Shown piece by piece: positions 19,762-28,648 of a stretch of 64,000 nt of DNA (positions are counted from its first letter, which is position 1; the number at the start of each line of letters is the position of its first letter). Both the position numbers and the translations under genes were made by a program. The notes beneath the pieces are model-generated. The model saw only the letters and a program-made list of their open reading frames with translations, was not told the DNA's origin and did not search any database. This DNA comes from an uncultured SAR86 cluster bacterium (lineage in GTDB: Bacteria > Pseudomonadota > Gammaproteobacteria > Magnimaribacterales > D2472), in assembly GCA_902591925.1 (NCBI GenBank), contig CACJCN010000007.1, positions 1,605 through 65,604 on the forward strand, given 5' to 3'.

Positions 19762-21063
19762 ATGGCAAATTTAATAAACGAATCTTTCACATTACCTTGT
19801 GGCCAAATACTGAAAAACCGTGTTTGTAAAGCAGCAATGACTGAACGAATTGCAAGCGGTGACAATCTAGCTAACCAAGGTCATATTAATCTTTATGATA
19901 TGTGGGCTGATGGAGATATTGGAATTTTATTAACTGGTAATGTTCAAGTTGATCGAAGAAACCTTGAGGGACCAGCAAATGTTGTGATAGACAAGAATAA
20001 CTATAAAAATCAACTTAGTAATCTTAAAGAATGGTCTGCAGCAGGAACAAAAAATAATACACAGTTATGGATGCAAATTTCCCATGCCGGTAGACAAACA
20101 CCCGGTGAAATAAACTCTTCTCCAATGGCACCTTCTAATATTAGATTGAAGATACCTGGTAAAAATTATGGCACTCCAGTACCGATGACTGAAGAAGATA
20201 TATTAGATGTTATTGAAAAATTTGTTTTTACCGCGAAGATTGCTAGAGAAACAGGATTTACAGGAGTTCAATTTCATTCTGCTCATGGCTATCTATTATC
20301 TGAGTTTCTGTCTCCAGACATTAATAACAGAAATGATGCATGGGGTGGAGATATTGAGAATAGAGCTAGGATTCACTTAGAAATAATTAAAAGATGCAGG
20401 GAAGAGGTTGGAGAAGATTTTCCTATTTCAGTGAAAATGAATTCTGCAGACTTTCAAAAAGGAGGCTTTGCTGCTGATGATTCCATAATAGTAGCAAAGA
20501 TGTTAGAAAATGCTGGCGTAGATATTATTGAGATTTCAGGAGGAACATATGAACAACCAAAGTTAATTGGAGTTGACGATTTAACTATAAATCCTGAAAG
20601 AAGTGAACAAAGAAAAGAAAGCACAATTGCAAGAGAAGCTTATTTTCTAGAATATGCCAAGGATATTAGGAAGGCAGTTTCCTTACCACTAATGGTTACA
20701 GGAGGTTTTAGAACCAAAGAAGGTATTGAGGATGCCTTACAAAGTAATATCTGCCAAATAATAGGAATCGGAAGACCTTTGTGCGTAGACCCATATTGTA
20801 TAAAAAAAATGATTGAAGGCGAGTTAGAAATATTACCAAGTTTTGAGAAGACTCTTTCATTAGGACCTTCAATTCTCTCTCCATCAAGTCCATTTACTAT
20901 AATTAAAGCAGTAAACGCATTTGGTGCAATGGCATGGTTTTATCAGCAAATTAAAAATATGGCCAAAGGACTTATGCCTAATCATAAACAAAAGCTTCTA
21001 AATGCTTTAAGAGCTGACATGAAAGCAGACAAGCTTGCATTAAAAGATTATTTGAATCATTAA
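19762..21063 (+). CDS. NADH:flavin oxidoreductase, Old Yellow Enzyme family
   Basis: TIM-barrel OYE blocks: KNRVCKAAMTE, WMQISHAGRQ, GFTGVQFHSAHGYLLSEFLSP..N.R.D.WGG, GVDIIEISGGTYE, VTGGFR, IGIGRP. Confidence 0.85.
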   Translation: MANLINESFTLPCGQILKNRVCKAAMTERIASGDNLANQGHINLYDMWADGDIGILLTGNVQVDRRNLEGPANVVIDKNNYKNQLSNLKEWSAAGTKNNTQLWMQISHAGRQTPGEINSSPMAPSNIRLKIPGKNYGTPVPMTEEDILDVIEKFVFTAKIARETGFTGVQFHSAHGYLLSEFLSPDINNRNDAWGGDIENRARIHLEIIKRCREEVGEDFPISVKMNSADFQKGGFAADDSIIVAKMLENAGVDIIEISGGTYEQPKLIGVDDLTINPERSEQRKESTIAREAYFLEYAKDIRKAVSLPLMVTGGFRTKEGIEDALQSNICQIIGIGRPLCVDPYCIKKMIEGELEILPSFEKTLSLGPSILSPSSPFTIIKAVNAFGAMAWFYQQIKNMAKGLMPNHKQKLLNALRADMKADKLALKDYLNH

Positions 21064-21137
21064 ATGTTTTGATAAAGCACTTTAAGCATGATTAGTTAAA
21101 ATTTATTGATTAAAGCCTTATATTCTGACCCAAACTA

Positions 21138-22352
21138 CTACTGAATTTCTGGCCATGGAGGGAATGGATCATTAAGGGTTGTCCAGAATTCCTTTCCTTT
21201 TAACATATCATCTTCAGTTACAAGACAATTATCTAATGCATTTGTTATAGCTTTTTCATCAAGACTTTGACCAATAAATACCAATTCTTGTCTCATATCA
21301 CCAAAAGGCTCAATCCAGTTTTCTTTTATCGATGCAAGAGCTTGCTCGTCAGTTGGCCAATCTTTTCTTGGAACAGATCTCCAAAATAAACCTGCATAAC
21401 CATAACGGGCAATCCCTCCTGCCTGACTCCATTGTCCTGCATATTCAAGTCGAGATCCTAACCAAAAGAAACCTTTTGATCTTATTAATTTGCCATATTG
21501 CTCAGTACTATGGAGAAAGTTATGAAATTTTTCAGGATAAAAAGGCCTTCTAGCCTTGTAGGTAAAACTGCTGATACCATATTCCTCTGTTTCTGGAATG
21601 TGGTCGCCTCTAATTTCTTTCAACCATCCTGGAGCCTCTTTAGCTTTATCAAAATTAAACAATCCTGTATTAAGCACTTTATCTATTTCAACATTGCCTT
21701 CTGTAATTGGAATAATTTCAGCCTGAGTGTTGAGAGTTTTTATAATTGCTTTTAGTTTTTTGATATCCTCTTTTTCTACTAAATCAGTCTTACTTATTAG
21801 TATTACATCAGCAAATTCAATTTGATCCACTAAAAGATCAGCAACACTTCTATCATCATCTTCACCCAAAGATTCTCCTGTTTCTTGAAGATATTTCGCC
21901 TCTTCATAGTCTTTAATAAAATTCACAGCATCAACAACAGTTACCATTGTGTCTAAGCTTGCAGAATTTGAAAGTGAGATTCCATTCTCGTCTTCAAATG
22001 TAAAAGTTTCAGCAACAGGCAATGGTTCTGAAATTCCAGTTGATTCAATGACAAGGTAGTCAAATTTCTTTTCTTCAGCTAATTTATTAATTTCAATAAG
22101 CAAGTCTTCTCTGAGGGTACAACAAATGCAGCCATTACTCATTTCAACAAGTTTTTCTTCACTTCGATTTAAAGAAACCTCATTTTTTATTAGAGAAGCA
22201 TCAATGTTTATCTCACTCATATCGTTTACGATGACAGCAACTTTTCTATTTTTACGATTGTTTAAAATATGACTAAGCACAGTGGTCTTACCTGCTCCTA
22301 AAAAACCAGAAAGCACTGTTACAGGAAGTCTTCTTGAGACATTAATATTCAT
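21138..22352 (-). CDS. COG0523-family GTPase metallochaperone (CobW/ZigA/YeiR-like)
   Basis: P-loop GFLGAGKTT, metal-binding GCICCTLR motif, ESTGISEP switch, C-terminal CobW_C-like domain. Confidence 0.88.
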   Translation of the reverse strand: MNINVSRRLPVTVLSGFLGAGKTTVLSHILNNRKNRKVAVIVNDMSEINIDASLIKNEVSLNRSEEKLVEMSNGCICCTLREDLLIEINKLAEEKKFDYLVIESTGISEPLPVAETFTFEDENGISLSNSASLDTMVTVVDAVNFIKDYEEAKYLQETGESLGEDDDRSVADLLVDQIEFADVILISKTDLVEKEDIKKLKAIIKTLNTQAEIIPITEGNVEIDKVLNTGLFNFDKAKEAPGWLKEIRGDHIPETEEYGISSFTYKARRPFYPEKFHNFLHSTEQYGKLIRSKGFFWLGSRLEYAGQWSQAGGIARYGYAGLFWRSVPRKDWPTDEQALASIKENWIEPFGDMRQELVFIGQSLDEKAITNALDNCLVTEDDMLKGKEFWTTLNDPFPPWPEIQ

Positions 22353-22371
22353 ATAATTGTTCCTAAAAGTG

Positions 22372-22390
22372 TGTTACAAATAAAGTAACA
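22372..22390 (-). promoter_or_regulatory. Candidate operator palindrome (Zur-like?) upstream of the COG0523 gene
   Basis: TGTTAC-AAATAAA-GTAACA perfect 6-7-6 inverted repeat (9-nt arms with one mismatch), 20-38 nt upstream of the start at 22352. Half-sites resemble the TGTTAT/ATAACA Zur half-sites, but the spacer is longer. Confidence 0.35.
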
Positions 22391-22433
22391 TACGTGTCAA
22401 GACCATAAAGAAACAATTTATTTGTATAGAGTT

Positions 22434-22904
22434 TTATTTTCTTACTTCAGCGTAAACTTTGCTTGTGCCATCTTTAAACAGAATAAGCACATCATATGGC
22501 ATAAACTGATTGTTATATTCCATCCCTGGAGATCCCAAAGGCATACCAGGTACCGACAGTCCAATAGCATTTGGATGATTTTCAGAAAGAAACTTTTTTA
22601 TGAATTTGCTAGGAATATGACCTTCGAATATAAATCCTTCAGACGATACGGTTGTATGACATGATCTATATTGAGGGTCGATATTATATTTCTCTTTGAT
22701 CTTCGTTAGGTTCTCGTGATCTTGTCCGTAAACGGTTAAACCATTTTCCTCAGCATGCCTCATCCACATTTTGCAGCAACCACATGTTGGAGTTTTATGA
22801 ACTAAAAGGATTTGTTCTGAGTTAGAATCTAAAATATCACCTCCAGAAATTACAACAGGCATAAACATGATTACAATAAAAATATATGAAAATTTTCTTA
22901 ACAT
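22434..22904 (-). CDS. DUF411 / CopG-like periplasmic metal-binding protein
   Basis: Signal peptide (MLRKFSYIFIVIMFMPVVISG) and the CGCC motif (HKTPTCGCCKMWMRH) characteristic of DUF411. C-terminal GMPLGSPGME. Confidence 0.75.
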   Translation of the reverse strand: MLRKFSYIFIVIMFMPVVISGGDILDSNSEQILLVHKTPTCGCCKMWMRHAEENGLTVYGQDHENLTKIKEKYNIDPQYRSCHTTVSSEGFIFEGHIPSKFIKKFLSENHPNAIGLSVPGMPLGSPGMEYNNQFMPYDVLILFKDGTSKVYAEVRK

Positions 22905-22942
22905 CTCATCATTTTATTCTTTTTATATGAGAGAATCTATAT

Positions 22943-23014
22943 ATGAAAATTATTGGAATTTTTTTATTACTTTTTGGGTTAGTTGGATGTATTCCATTTG
23001 TACCAATAATTTAA
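22943..23014 (+). CDS. Possible 23-aa micro-lipoprotein (speculative)
   Basis: ATG..TAA ORF not in the track: MKIIGIFLLLFGLVGCIPFVPII. Hydrophobic h-region followed by the lipobox L-V-G-C. Lies in otherwise empty 226-nt intergenic DNA. No homology evidence. Confidence 0.25.
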   Translation: MKIIGIFLLLFGLVGCIPFVPII

Positions 23015-23130
23015 AATTACAGTAATAATATTCTTATTTCTTCTTATTTTTTCTATCAAAAATTTTCATTTACAAAGTAAAAAACTGATGATAAATTTAA
23101 CGAATTCGTATTATATTTTTAGGGGGTAAT

Positions 23131-24435
23131 ATGTCTCATCCAAACCATCCAAATGTTGATCAAAGTGATAGGGTAGTTCCAATAAATTTAAGACAAAGTG
23201 GAAGAACGCCAACTGAGCTTTTAATTTCAACAAGAGTAAGAAAATCTCCCTTTTGGCATCTATCACATGAGGCAGGATGTTGGAGAGCAACTGTTTATAA
23301 CAGAATTTATCATCCAAGAGGTTACGTAAAGCCTGAGGATGGAGGAGCAATGGTTGAATATGATGCCTTAGTCAACAGAGTAACCATGTGGAATGTTGCT
23401 GTTGAAAGACAAATTAGGGTTAAGGGGCCAGATGCAGAAGCATTTACAGATTTTGTTATTACACGAGATGCAACAAAAATTGAGCCGATGCATGGTAAAT
23501 ATGCAATTTTATGTAATGAAAAAGGTGGAATTCTCAATGATCCTGTTTTGTTAAGATTATCCGAAGATGAGTTTTGGTTTTCTATTTCAGATAGTGATTT
23601 ATTATTTTGGTTACAGGGTGTGAATGTTACTAAAAAATTTGACGTTGAGATTGACGAAATTGATGTATGCCCTCTTCAAATTCAAGGTCCTTTGTCAGAG
23701 GACCTTTTGGCAAAAATGTGTGGTGAAGAATTGAGAGAAATTCCCTATTATGGGTTAATGGAAACAAACATAAATGGTGCAGACTGTGTTATCAGTCAAA
23801 CTGGATTCACTGGTGAAAAAGGCTATGAAATTTATGTTCGCGATACTCATGAAAATGCAGAAAAAGTTTGGAATCAAGTCTTAAAAGATGGAGAGGAATT
23901 TGGCTTGATGGTAATTGCACCAGCTCATCACAGGAGAATAGCTGCAGGCATTTTGTCATGGGGCCAAGATTTAGACCATGAAACTTCTCCATTTCAAGTT
24001 AATTTAAGTTATCAAGTTCCAAGAAATAAAAAAGCAGATTATATTGGCAAAGAAGAACTTGAAAAACAAAGAGATATTATTGATGATGGTAAAGAACCAT
24101 TTAAAATGAAAATGGTTGGTATCACTCTAGGTGGTAAAGAGATCACTGATTATGCACCTGATTTTTGGATAGTCGCAGATACTGATGGTAATGACATAGG
24201 CTATGTCACTTCTCCTTGGTGGTCACCTGAACTAGGAACTAATATTGCACTTGCTTGGGTTCCATGGTCAACATCAGAAGTTGGTTCTGAATTACTTGTC
24301 AAATTGCCTGACGAATATTCAATTACCCCAGGTGAACCTGTTCAAGCGAAAATTGTTGAAATTCCTTTCAGAGAATCTGTTAATCCTAACAAAAGAGAAG
24401 TTGAGGCTGCAAAAGGAAAAGATTTCGCAGAATAA
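23131..24435 (+). CDS. Aminomethyltransferase (GcvT/DmdA) family, probable THF-dependent demethylase
   Basis: GcvT-fold blocks: VYNRIYHPRGY, MWNVAVERQIRVKGPDA, GGILNDPVLLRL, ISDSDLLFWL, PLQIQGP, SQTGFTGEKGYEIY. AGGGGG RBS 6 nt upstream of the start. Confidence 0.8.
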   Translation: MSHPNHPNVDQSDRVVPINLRQSGRTPTELLISTRVRKSPFWHLSHEAGCWRATVYNRIYHPRGYVKPEDGGAMVEYDALVNRVTMWNVAVERQIRVKGPDAEAFTDFVITRDATKIEPMHGKYAILCNEKGGILNDPVLLRLSEDEFWFSISDSDLLFWLQGVNVTKKFDVEIDEIDVCPLQIQGPLSEDLLAKMCGEELREIPYYGLMETNINGADCVISQTGFTGEKGYEIYVRDTHENAEKVWNQVLKDGEEFGLMVIAPAHHRRIAAGILSWGQDLDHETSPFQVNLSYQVPRNKKADYIGKEELEKQRDIIDDGKEPFKMKMVGITLGGKEITDYAPDFWIVADTDGNDIGYVTSPWWSPELGTNIALAWVPWSTSEVGSELLVKLPDEYSITPGEPVQAKIVEIPFRESVNPNKREVEAAKGKDFAE

Positions 24436-24486
24436 GCAATCATCTGAAGCAGAAATTATTGTCAAAATATCTGAGTTATATTTTCA

Positions 24487-25797
24487 ATGGATTTGATAGA
24501 AGATAAAAAATTTCAAAATGCTTTTTTGATATACGTCAGTATTGATTTGTTTTATGAAAAAAATGAACTTGAAAATGATTATGATGAGTTTAAAAGTCTT
24601 GTTATTTCATCAGGATTAGATATAAAAGATTGTAGAAACCTTAATCAAAAAATTCCATCTATAAATACATTTATAACAAAAGGTAATCTTGAAAATTTAA
24701 AACTTCAGATTTTAGACAAAGATATAGACATATTAATTATTAACCATGAGTTAAATGCGTCACAAACCAGAAATCTTGAAAAATATTTTAATAAAAGAGT
24801 AATTGATAAAACTGAACTTATTCTCGATATATTTGCTTCAAGAGCATCATCTCATATTGGTAAATTACAAGTAGAGCTTGCTCAATTAAAGCATCTCTCA
24901 ACAAGACTAATAAGAGGTTGGACACACCTTGAGAGACAAAAGGGAGGAATTGGCTTAAGAGGACCTGGTGAAACTCAGCTTGAAACTGATAGAAGGCTTA
25001 TTGGCAAAAGAATCAAAAGACTTAATGAAAGATTAGAAAAATCACATAAACAAAAAGAGATAAATAGATATTCCAGAAAAAAAAGTAGAAATAAGTTAGT
25101 TGCATTAGTTGGATATACTAATGCAGGAAAAACAACCTTATTTAATAAATTAACTGAGAGCTCTCAGCTTGCAGAGGATAAACTATTTGCAACTTTAGAT
25201 TCTGTAACACGAAAAAACAAACATCCTAAATATGGTCCTATCTTATTTTCTGACACTGTTGGATTTATATCAGATTTACCAACGCAGCTTGTTGAGTCAT
25301 TTAAAGCAACCTTGGATGAACTAACGGCTGCAGATCTTTTGTTACATGTTGTTGATATTCATGACGTTGATTACAGGACAAAGATTCAGAAAGTAAATAA
25401 TATTTTGAGTGATATTGGAGTTTCAAATATTCCTCAAATTATTGTTAATAATAAATGTGATCTTTTAGATAGCTCTAAAATAAAACAATTAAAAAATAGA
25501 AAACAAAATGAAGTATTTTTATCTGCTGAAAATGGAAATAAATTCGAAGATTTAAGATCAAAAATAAATATGATCCTATTTAATGGAATATATAAAGGTT
25601 GGATATCTATAGAAAAAAATATGGGAAATGTTCGCTCTTCATTATTTGATATGGGATGTGTAAAAGAGGAAAAAATATCTCAGTGCGGAAAAATGTTTGT
25701 AAAGATAAAAATTGGAAATGATGAATTAAATGAATTACTAGATATTAAAGGTTTTGAAGTTTGTCATGATAAGGATATACTTTTAAAACATTACTAA
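24487..25797 (+). CDS. hflX: GTPase HflX
   Basis: HflX N-domain (DIFASRASSHIGKLQVELAQLKH, RQKGGIGLRGPGETQLETDRR), G1 GYTNAGKTTLFN, G3 DTVGF, G4 NKCD. Confidence 0.92.
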   Translation: MDLIEDKKFQNAFLIYVSIDLFYEKNELENDYDEFKSLVISSGLDIKDCRNLNQKIPSINTFITKGNLENLKLQILDKDIDILIINHELNASQTRNLEKYFNKRVIDKTELILDIFASRASSHIGKLQVELAQLKHLSTRLIRGWTHLERQKGGIGLRGPGETQLETDRRLIGKRIKRLNERLEKSHKQKEINRYSRKKSRNKLVALVGYTNAGKTTLFNKLTESSQLAEDKLFATLDSVTRKNKHPKYGPILFSDTVGFISDLPTQLVESFKATLDELTAADLLLHVVDIHDVDYRTKIQKVNNILSDIGVSNIPQIIVNNKCDLLDSSKIKQLKNRKQNEVFLSAENGNKFEDLRSKINMILFNGIYKGWISIEKNMGNVRSSLFDMGCVKEEKISQCGKMFVKIKIGNDELNELLDIKGFEVCHDKDILLKHY

Positions 25798-25810
25798 ATT
25801 CAAAAACATT

Positions 25811-26233
25811 ATGAACAAAATAAATAACTTTCTTGAATCAATTGCTAAACCATTAATGCCAATTACCCCTTGGCTTCTAAGACTTGGACTAGGAACGTCT
25901 TTTATTTTACATGGTCATGGAAAATTTCCATTACCACCTGAAAAAATGGTCACTTGGTTTGAGAGCATGGGTTATATGTATCCTGAAATTGTTACAAGCC
26001 TTGTTGCTTTAGGTGAGGTAGGAGCTGGAGCAGGAATAATTATAGGTGGTCTTATGAAGAATAACATTGGTAATGTTGTCACAAGGTTATCCGGAGGAGC
26101 AGTTGCAGTAATAATGATAGGGGCGATCTTAATAGCTCATTCAGATTGGCTAGTAACAAAAAAACTCTTTATGAGTGAGCAAATTTTCTTATTTATTTTA
26201 GGTACTTATTTCGCAATAAGAGGAAATAAGTAA
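25811..26233 (+). CDS. DoxX-family membrane protein
   Basis: 140 aa, 4 TM helices, LLRLGLG.SFILHG.GKF pattern typical of DoxX. Confidence 0.7.
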   Translation: MNKINNFLESIAKPLMPITPWLLRLGLGTSFILHGHGKFPLPPEKMVTWFESMGYMYPEIVTSLVALGEVGAGAGIIIGGLMKNNIGNVVTRLSGGAVAVIMIGAILIAHSDWLVTKKLFMSEQIFLFILGTYFAIRGNK

Positions 26234-26305
26234 ACTCTTTCAAAATAAAATTTCAATAAATAACTCTCAATAAATATCAATTTATAAAATAATTACATAA
26301 TTTGA

Positions 26306-26334
26306 TTGCAAATCTAAATGATAATCATTATCAT
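26306..26334 (+). promoter_or_regulatory. Putative sigma-70 promoter of the TonB-dependent receptor unit
   Basis: TTGCAA (26306-26311), 17-nt spacer, TATCAT (26329-26334). Overlapped by the Fur box. Confidence 0.4.
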
Positions 26335-26338
26335 TATC
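26314..26338 (+). promoter_or_regulatory. Fur box
   Basis: CTAAATGATAATCATTATC matches the GATAATGATAATCATTATC consensus at 16/19 positions. Core GATAAT-C-ATTATC is a perfect palindrome (26320-26332), followed by one more ATTATC hexamer. Confidence 0.7.
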
Positions 26339-26342
26339 ATTT

Positions 26343-26435
26343 ATGAAAGCTACTTTATTGGTCATTCCCCTAAAAGTGTGCAGTTTTTCTGATTTTGTAA
26401 TCAAAAAATCTTTAGGCGAAAAGAGTAGCTTTCAT
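26343..26435 (+). promoter_or_regulatory. 93-nt rod-like hairpin in the receptor leader
   Basis: Outer 12-bp perfect stem ATGAAAGCTACT (26343-26354) / AGTAGCTTTCAT (26424-26435). Middle helix CCTAAAAG / CTTTAGG. Apical hairpin TGATT-ttgt-AATCA (26390-26403). Confidence 0.5.
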
Positions 26436-26462
26436 TTTAATTATGTGATGAAAATACTATGA
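26343..26462 (+). CDS. 39-codon upstream ORF, translationally coupled to the receptor gene (speculative)
   Basis: MKATLLVIPLKVCSFSDFVIKKSLGEKSSFHFNYVMKIL. Its ATG is the first base of the hairpin and its TGA (26460-26462) overlaps the receptor ATG (26459-26461) as ATGA. No homology evidence. Confidence 0.3.
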   Translation: MKATLLVIPLKVCSFSDFVIKKSLGEKSSFHFNYVMKIL

Positions 26463-28558
26463 ACAAAATATTTAAAAGAATCTCAGATGATATTTCAGCA
26501 ATACTATTTATTTGTTTTCTATTAATTACATCATTTGTTGTTGCTCAAGATAATGATGAGGATGTAGAGGAAGTAATTGTCAAAGGGAATGTATTATATT
26601 CAGACCAAGTGACTGCTCTGAAAACTCCAGTGCCTGTCCTTAATGTTCCTCAAACAGTTTCAATAGTTACTGACGAGGATATTCGTAAACAAGGCTTCAG
26701 ACAAATTGGTGATATTGTGAGATATACACCCGGTGTAAATACATCTCAAGGTGAAGGACATCGTGACGCTGTTGTTTTTAGAGGAGTCAGATCAACTGCA
26801 GACTTTTTCCAAGATGGAGTCAGAGATGATGTGCAATATTATAGGTCGCTCTACAACGTTGAACAGGTTGAAATACTTAGAGGACCAAATGCGCTTCTTT
26901 TTGGAAGAGGCGGAACCGGCGGTGTGATTAATAGAGTATCAAAGAAAGCTGTTCTAGGTGAAACATTTGGTGCCATAGACTTTGGAGTAGACGATTTTGG
27001 AGCAAGCGATATTGCTGTTGATTATAACTCAACAAATAGTGATAGTTCTGCTTTTCGAGTAATGATCCACAGTGATGCATTGGAAAATCACAGAGATTTT
27101 TATGATGGAGATAGATTAGGAATTAATCCAACTGTCAAAATTAAAATGAGTGATAAAACTACTTTAGATCTTTCATATGAATACGCTGATCATGAGCGTT
27201 TTATTGATAGAGGTATTCCAACAGAAAATGGCAAACCTGTTAAAAGATTTAAAAATATTACATTTGGTGACTCAAAAGGTGATAACCTTCAAACATTAAA
27301 AGCAGATATCTTCAGAGCAACCTTAAGCACAGATTTTTCAGATACCAGTAAAGGAAATCTTAATGTTGTTTCAAGCGAATTTGAAAAAATGTATAAAAAT
27401 TATTATGCATCTAGCTACACTGCAGGTGCTTCTGTTGTAACAATGGATGGATATCTCGATCCTACCGAGCGTGAAAACACAATTGTTACAGGTAATATAG
27501 TTAACGAAATGCAAATTGGATCCGCAACCCACACAATTCTTTTTGGTGGTGAGTTAATTGATACAACAAATAAAAACAAAAGGTATGATACTTATTGGTC
27601 TACAACAGCTGATGATAATGAAGTTTTTAATATAACCAGACCAATGGATTTCACTGTAAATTCAGCTGGTGTGGCAACAAATAATGATTTCACTGCAGAC
27701 TTGAACAGACAAACTCAATCTGATATTGAAGTGACATCAATATATATTCAAGATCAAATAGATGTATCAGAAAACCTTAAAGTCATGATTGGTGGACGTC
27801 ATGATACGTTTGATATAACAGTAAAAGATGTAAAAAATGGAACTGCTCAATCAAGAGAAGATAAAGAATTCTCACCAAGAGCTGGAATTATTTATAAACC
27901 AAAAGAAAATGTTTCTTACTACTATAGTTACAGTGAAAGTTTTCTTCCAAGATCTGGTGAACAGTTTAAAGCTCTTTCAGCAAGCAGTGCGGCATTAGAC
28001 CCTGATGTTTATGAAAGTAGCGAGATAGGTGTAAAAGTAGCAATTAATGATGACTTAAGTTTTGTTGCTGCTTATTTTGATAGCGAACAAACCAGAGCCG
28101 TAAGAGATAGTGTAACTGGTGAAACTAATGAAATTGTTGGTTTAGTAGTAGATGGCTTTGAGCTGGAGTTAAAGGGTAAAGTATCTGACAAAATGAGTTT
28201 AGTTGCAGGTATTTCAAAAATGGATGGACAAACAAGTTCAGGTGGTGAACCTCGTGAAATACCTGATCATACATTATCATTTTTTGCTACCTATGATTTA
28301 ACAGATAAATTTGCATGGTCTCTTGGTATGACAAGACAAGGCGAATCAAATATAGGAAACAATAATCCAGACAGAGTTTTGCCATCATATACAAAAATTG
28401 ATTTTGCCGCTAACTATCAAATCGCTGATGACTTAAGCTTTACAATGAATATTGAAAATCTAACTGATACTTTATATTTTCCACATTCTCATAGCTCACA
28501 TCAAGCATCAGTTGGCGAACCATTTAACATAAGAATTTCATTGAGAAAAACTTTCTAA
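26459..28558 (+). CDS. TonB-dependent outer-membrane receptor (siderophore-type)
   Basis: Signal peptide, plug domain (TPGVNTSQGEG.RD..VFRG, VEILRGPNALLFGRGGTGGVIN), 22-strand barrel region, C-terminal aromatic residue (..SLRKTF). Confidence 0.92.
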   Translation: MNKIFKRISDDISAILFICFLLITSFVVAQDNDEDVEEVIVKGNVLYSDQVTALKTPVPVLNVPQTVSIVTDEDIRKQGFRQIGDIVRYTPGVNTSQGEGHRDAVVFRGVRSTADFFQDGVRDDVQYYRSLYNVEQVEILRGPNALLFGRGGTGGVINRVSKKAVLGETFGAIDFGVDDFGASDIAVDYNSTNSDSSAFRVMIHSDALENHRDFYDGDRLGINPTVKIKMSDKTTLDLSYEYADHERFIDRGIPTENGKPVKRFKNITFGDSKGDNLQTLKADIFRATLSTDFSDTSKGNLNVVSSEFEKMYKNYYASSYTAGASVVTMDGYLDPTERENTIVTGNIVNEMQIGSATHTILFGGELIDTTNKNKRYDTYWSTTADDNEVFNITRPMDFTVNSAGVATNNDFTADLNRQTQSDIEVTSIYIQDQIDVSENLKVMIGGRHDTFDITVKDVKNGTAQSREDKEFSPRAGIIYKPKENVSYYYSYSESFLPRSGEQFKALSASSAALDPDVYESSEIGVKVAINDDLSFVAAYFDSEQTRAVRDSVTGETNEIVGLVVDGFELELKGKVSDKMSLVAGISKMDGQTSSGGEPREIPDHTLSFFATYDLTDKFAWSLGMTRQGESNIGNNNPDRVLPSYTKIDFAANYQIADDLSFTMNIENLTDTLYFPHSHSSHQASVGEPFNIRISLRKTF

Positions 28559-28604
28559 TTTTTTAGAGGAGAGGGGTGTTTAAATGTACTCCCTTAAATT
28601 AAGA

Positions 28605-28631
28605 GGGGCAATTCAATTGCCCCTTTTTTTA
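28605..28631 (+). terminator. Rho-independent terminator after the receptor gene
   Basis: GGGGCAAT-tca-ATTGCCCC 8-bp stem (28605-28623), one C, then T7 (28625-28631). Confidence 0.75.
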
Positions 28632-28648
28632 AAGTAGAATATCTATAT

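Noticed and set aside
19608-24435. Genomic island integrated at the CAT tRNA (and similarly katG next to tRNA-Ala, 29238-31560)
   Set aside because: By eye I saw no downstream direct repeat of either tRNA 3' end and no integrase. Spot GC counts of katG lines (about 38%) were not different from other coding lines (about 37%). I cannot support horizontal transfer from the sequence alone.
26343-26435. Known riboswitch (cobalamin or TPP) in the TonB-dependent receptor leader
   Set aside because: I could not find the B12-box (GCCACUG-like) or the TPP CUGAGA/ACCUGA cores. The element is a simple AT-rich rod rather than a multi-junction fold. It is kept only as an unclassified structure.
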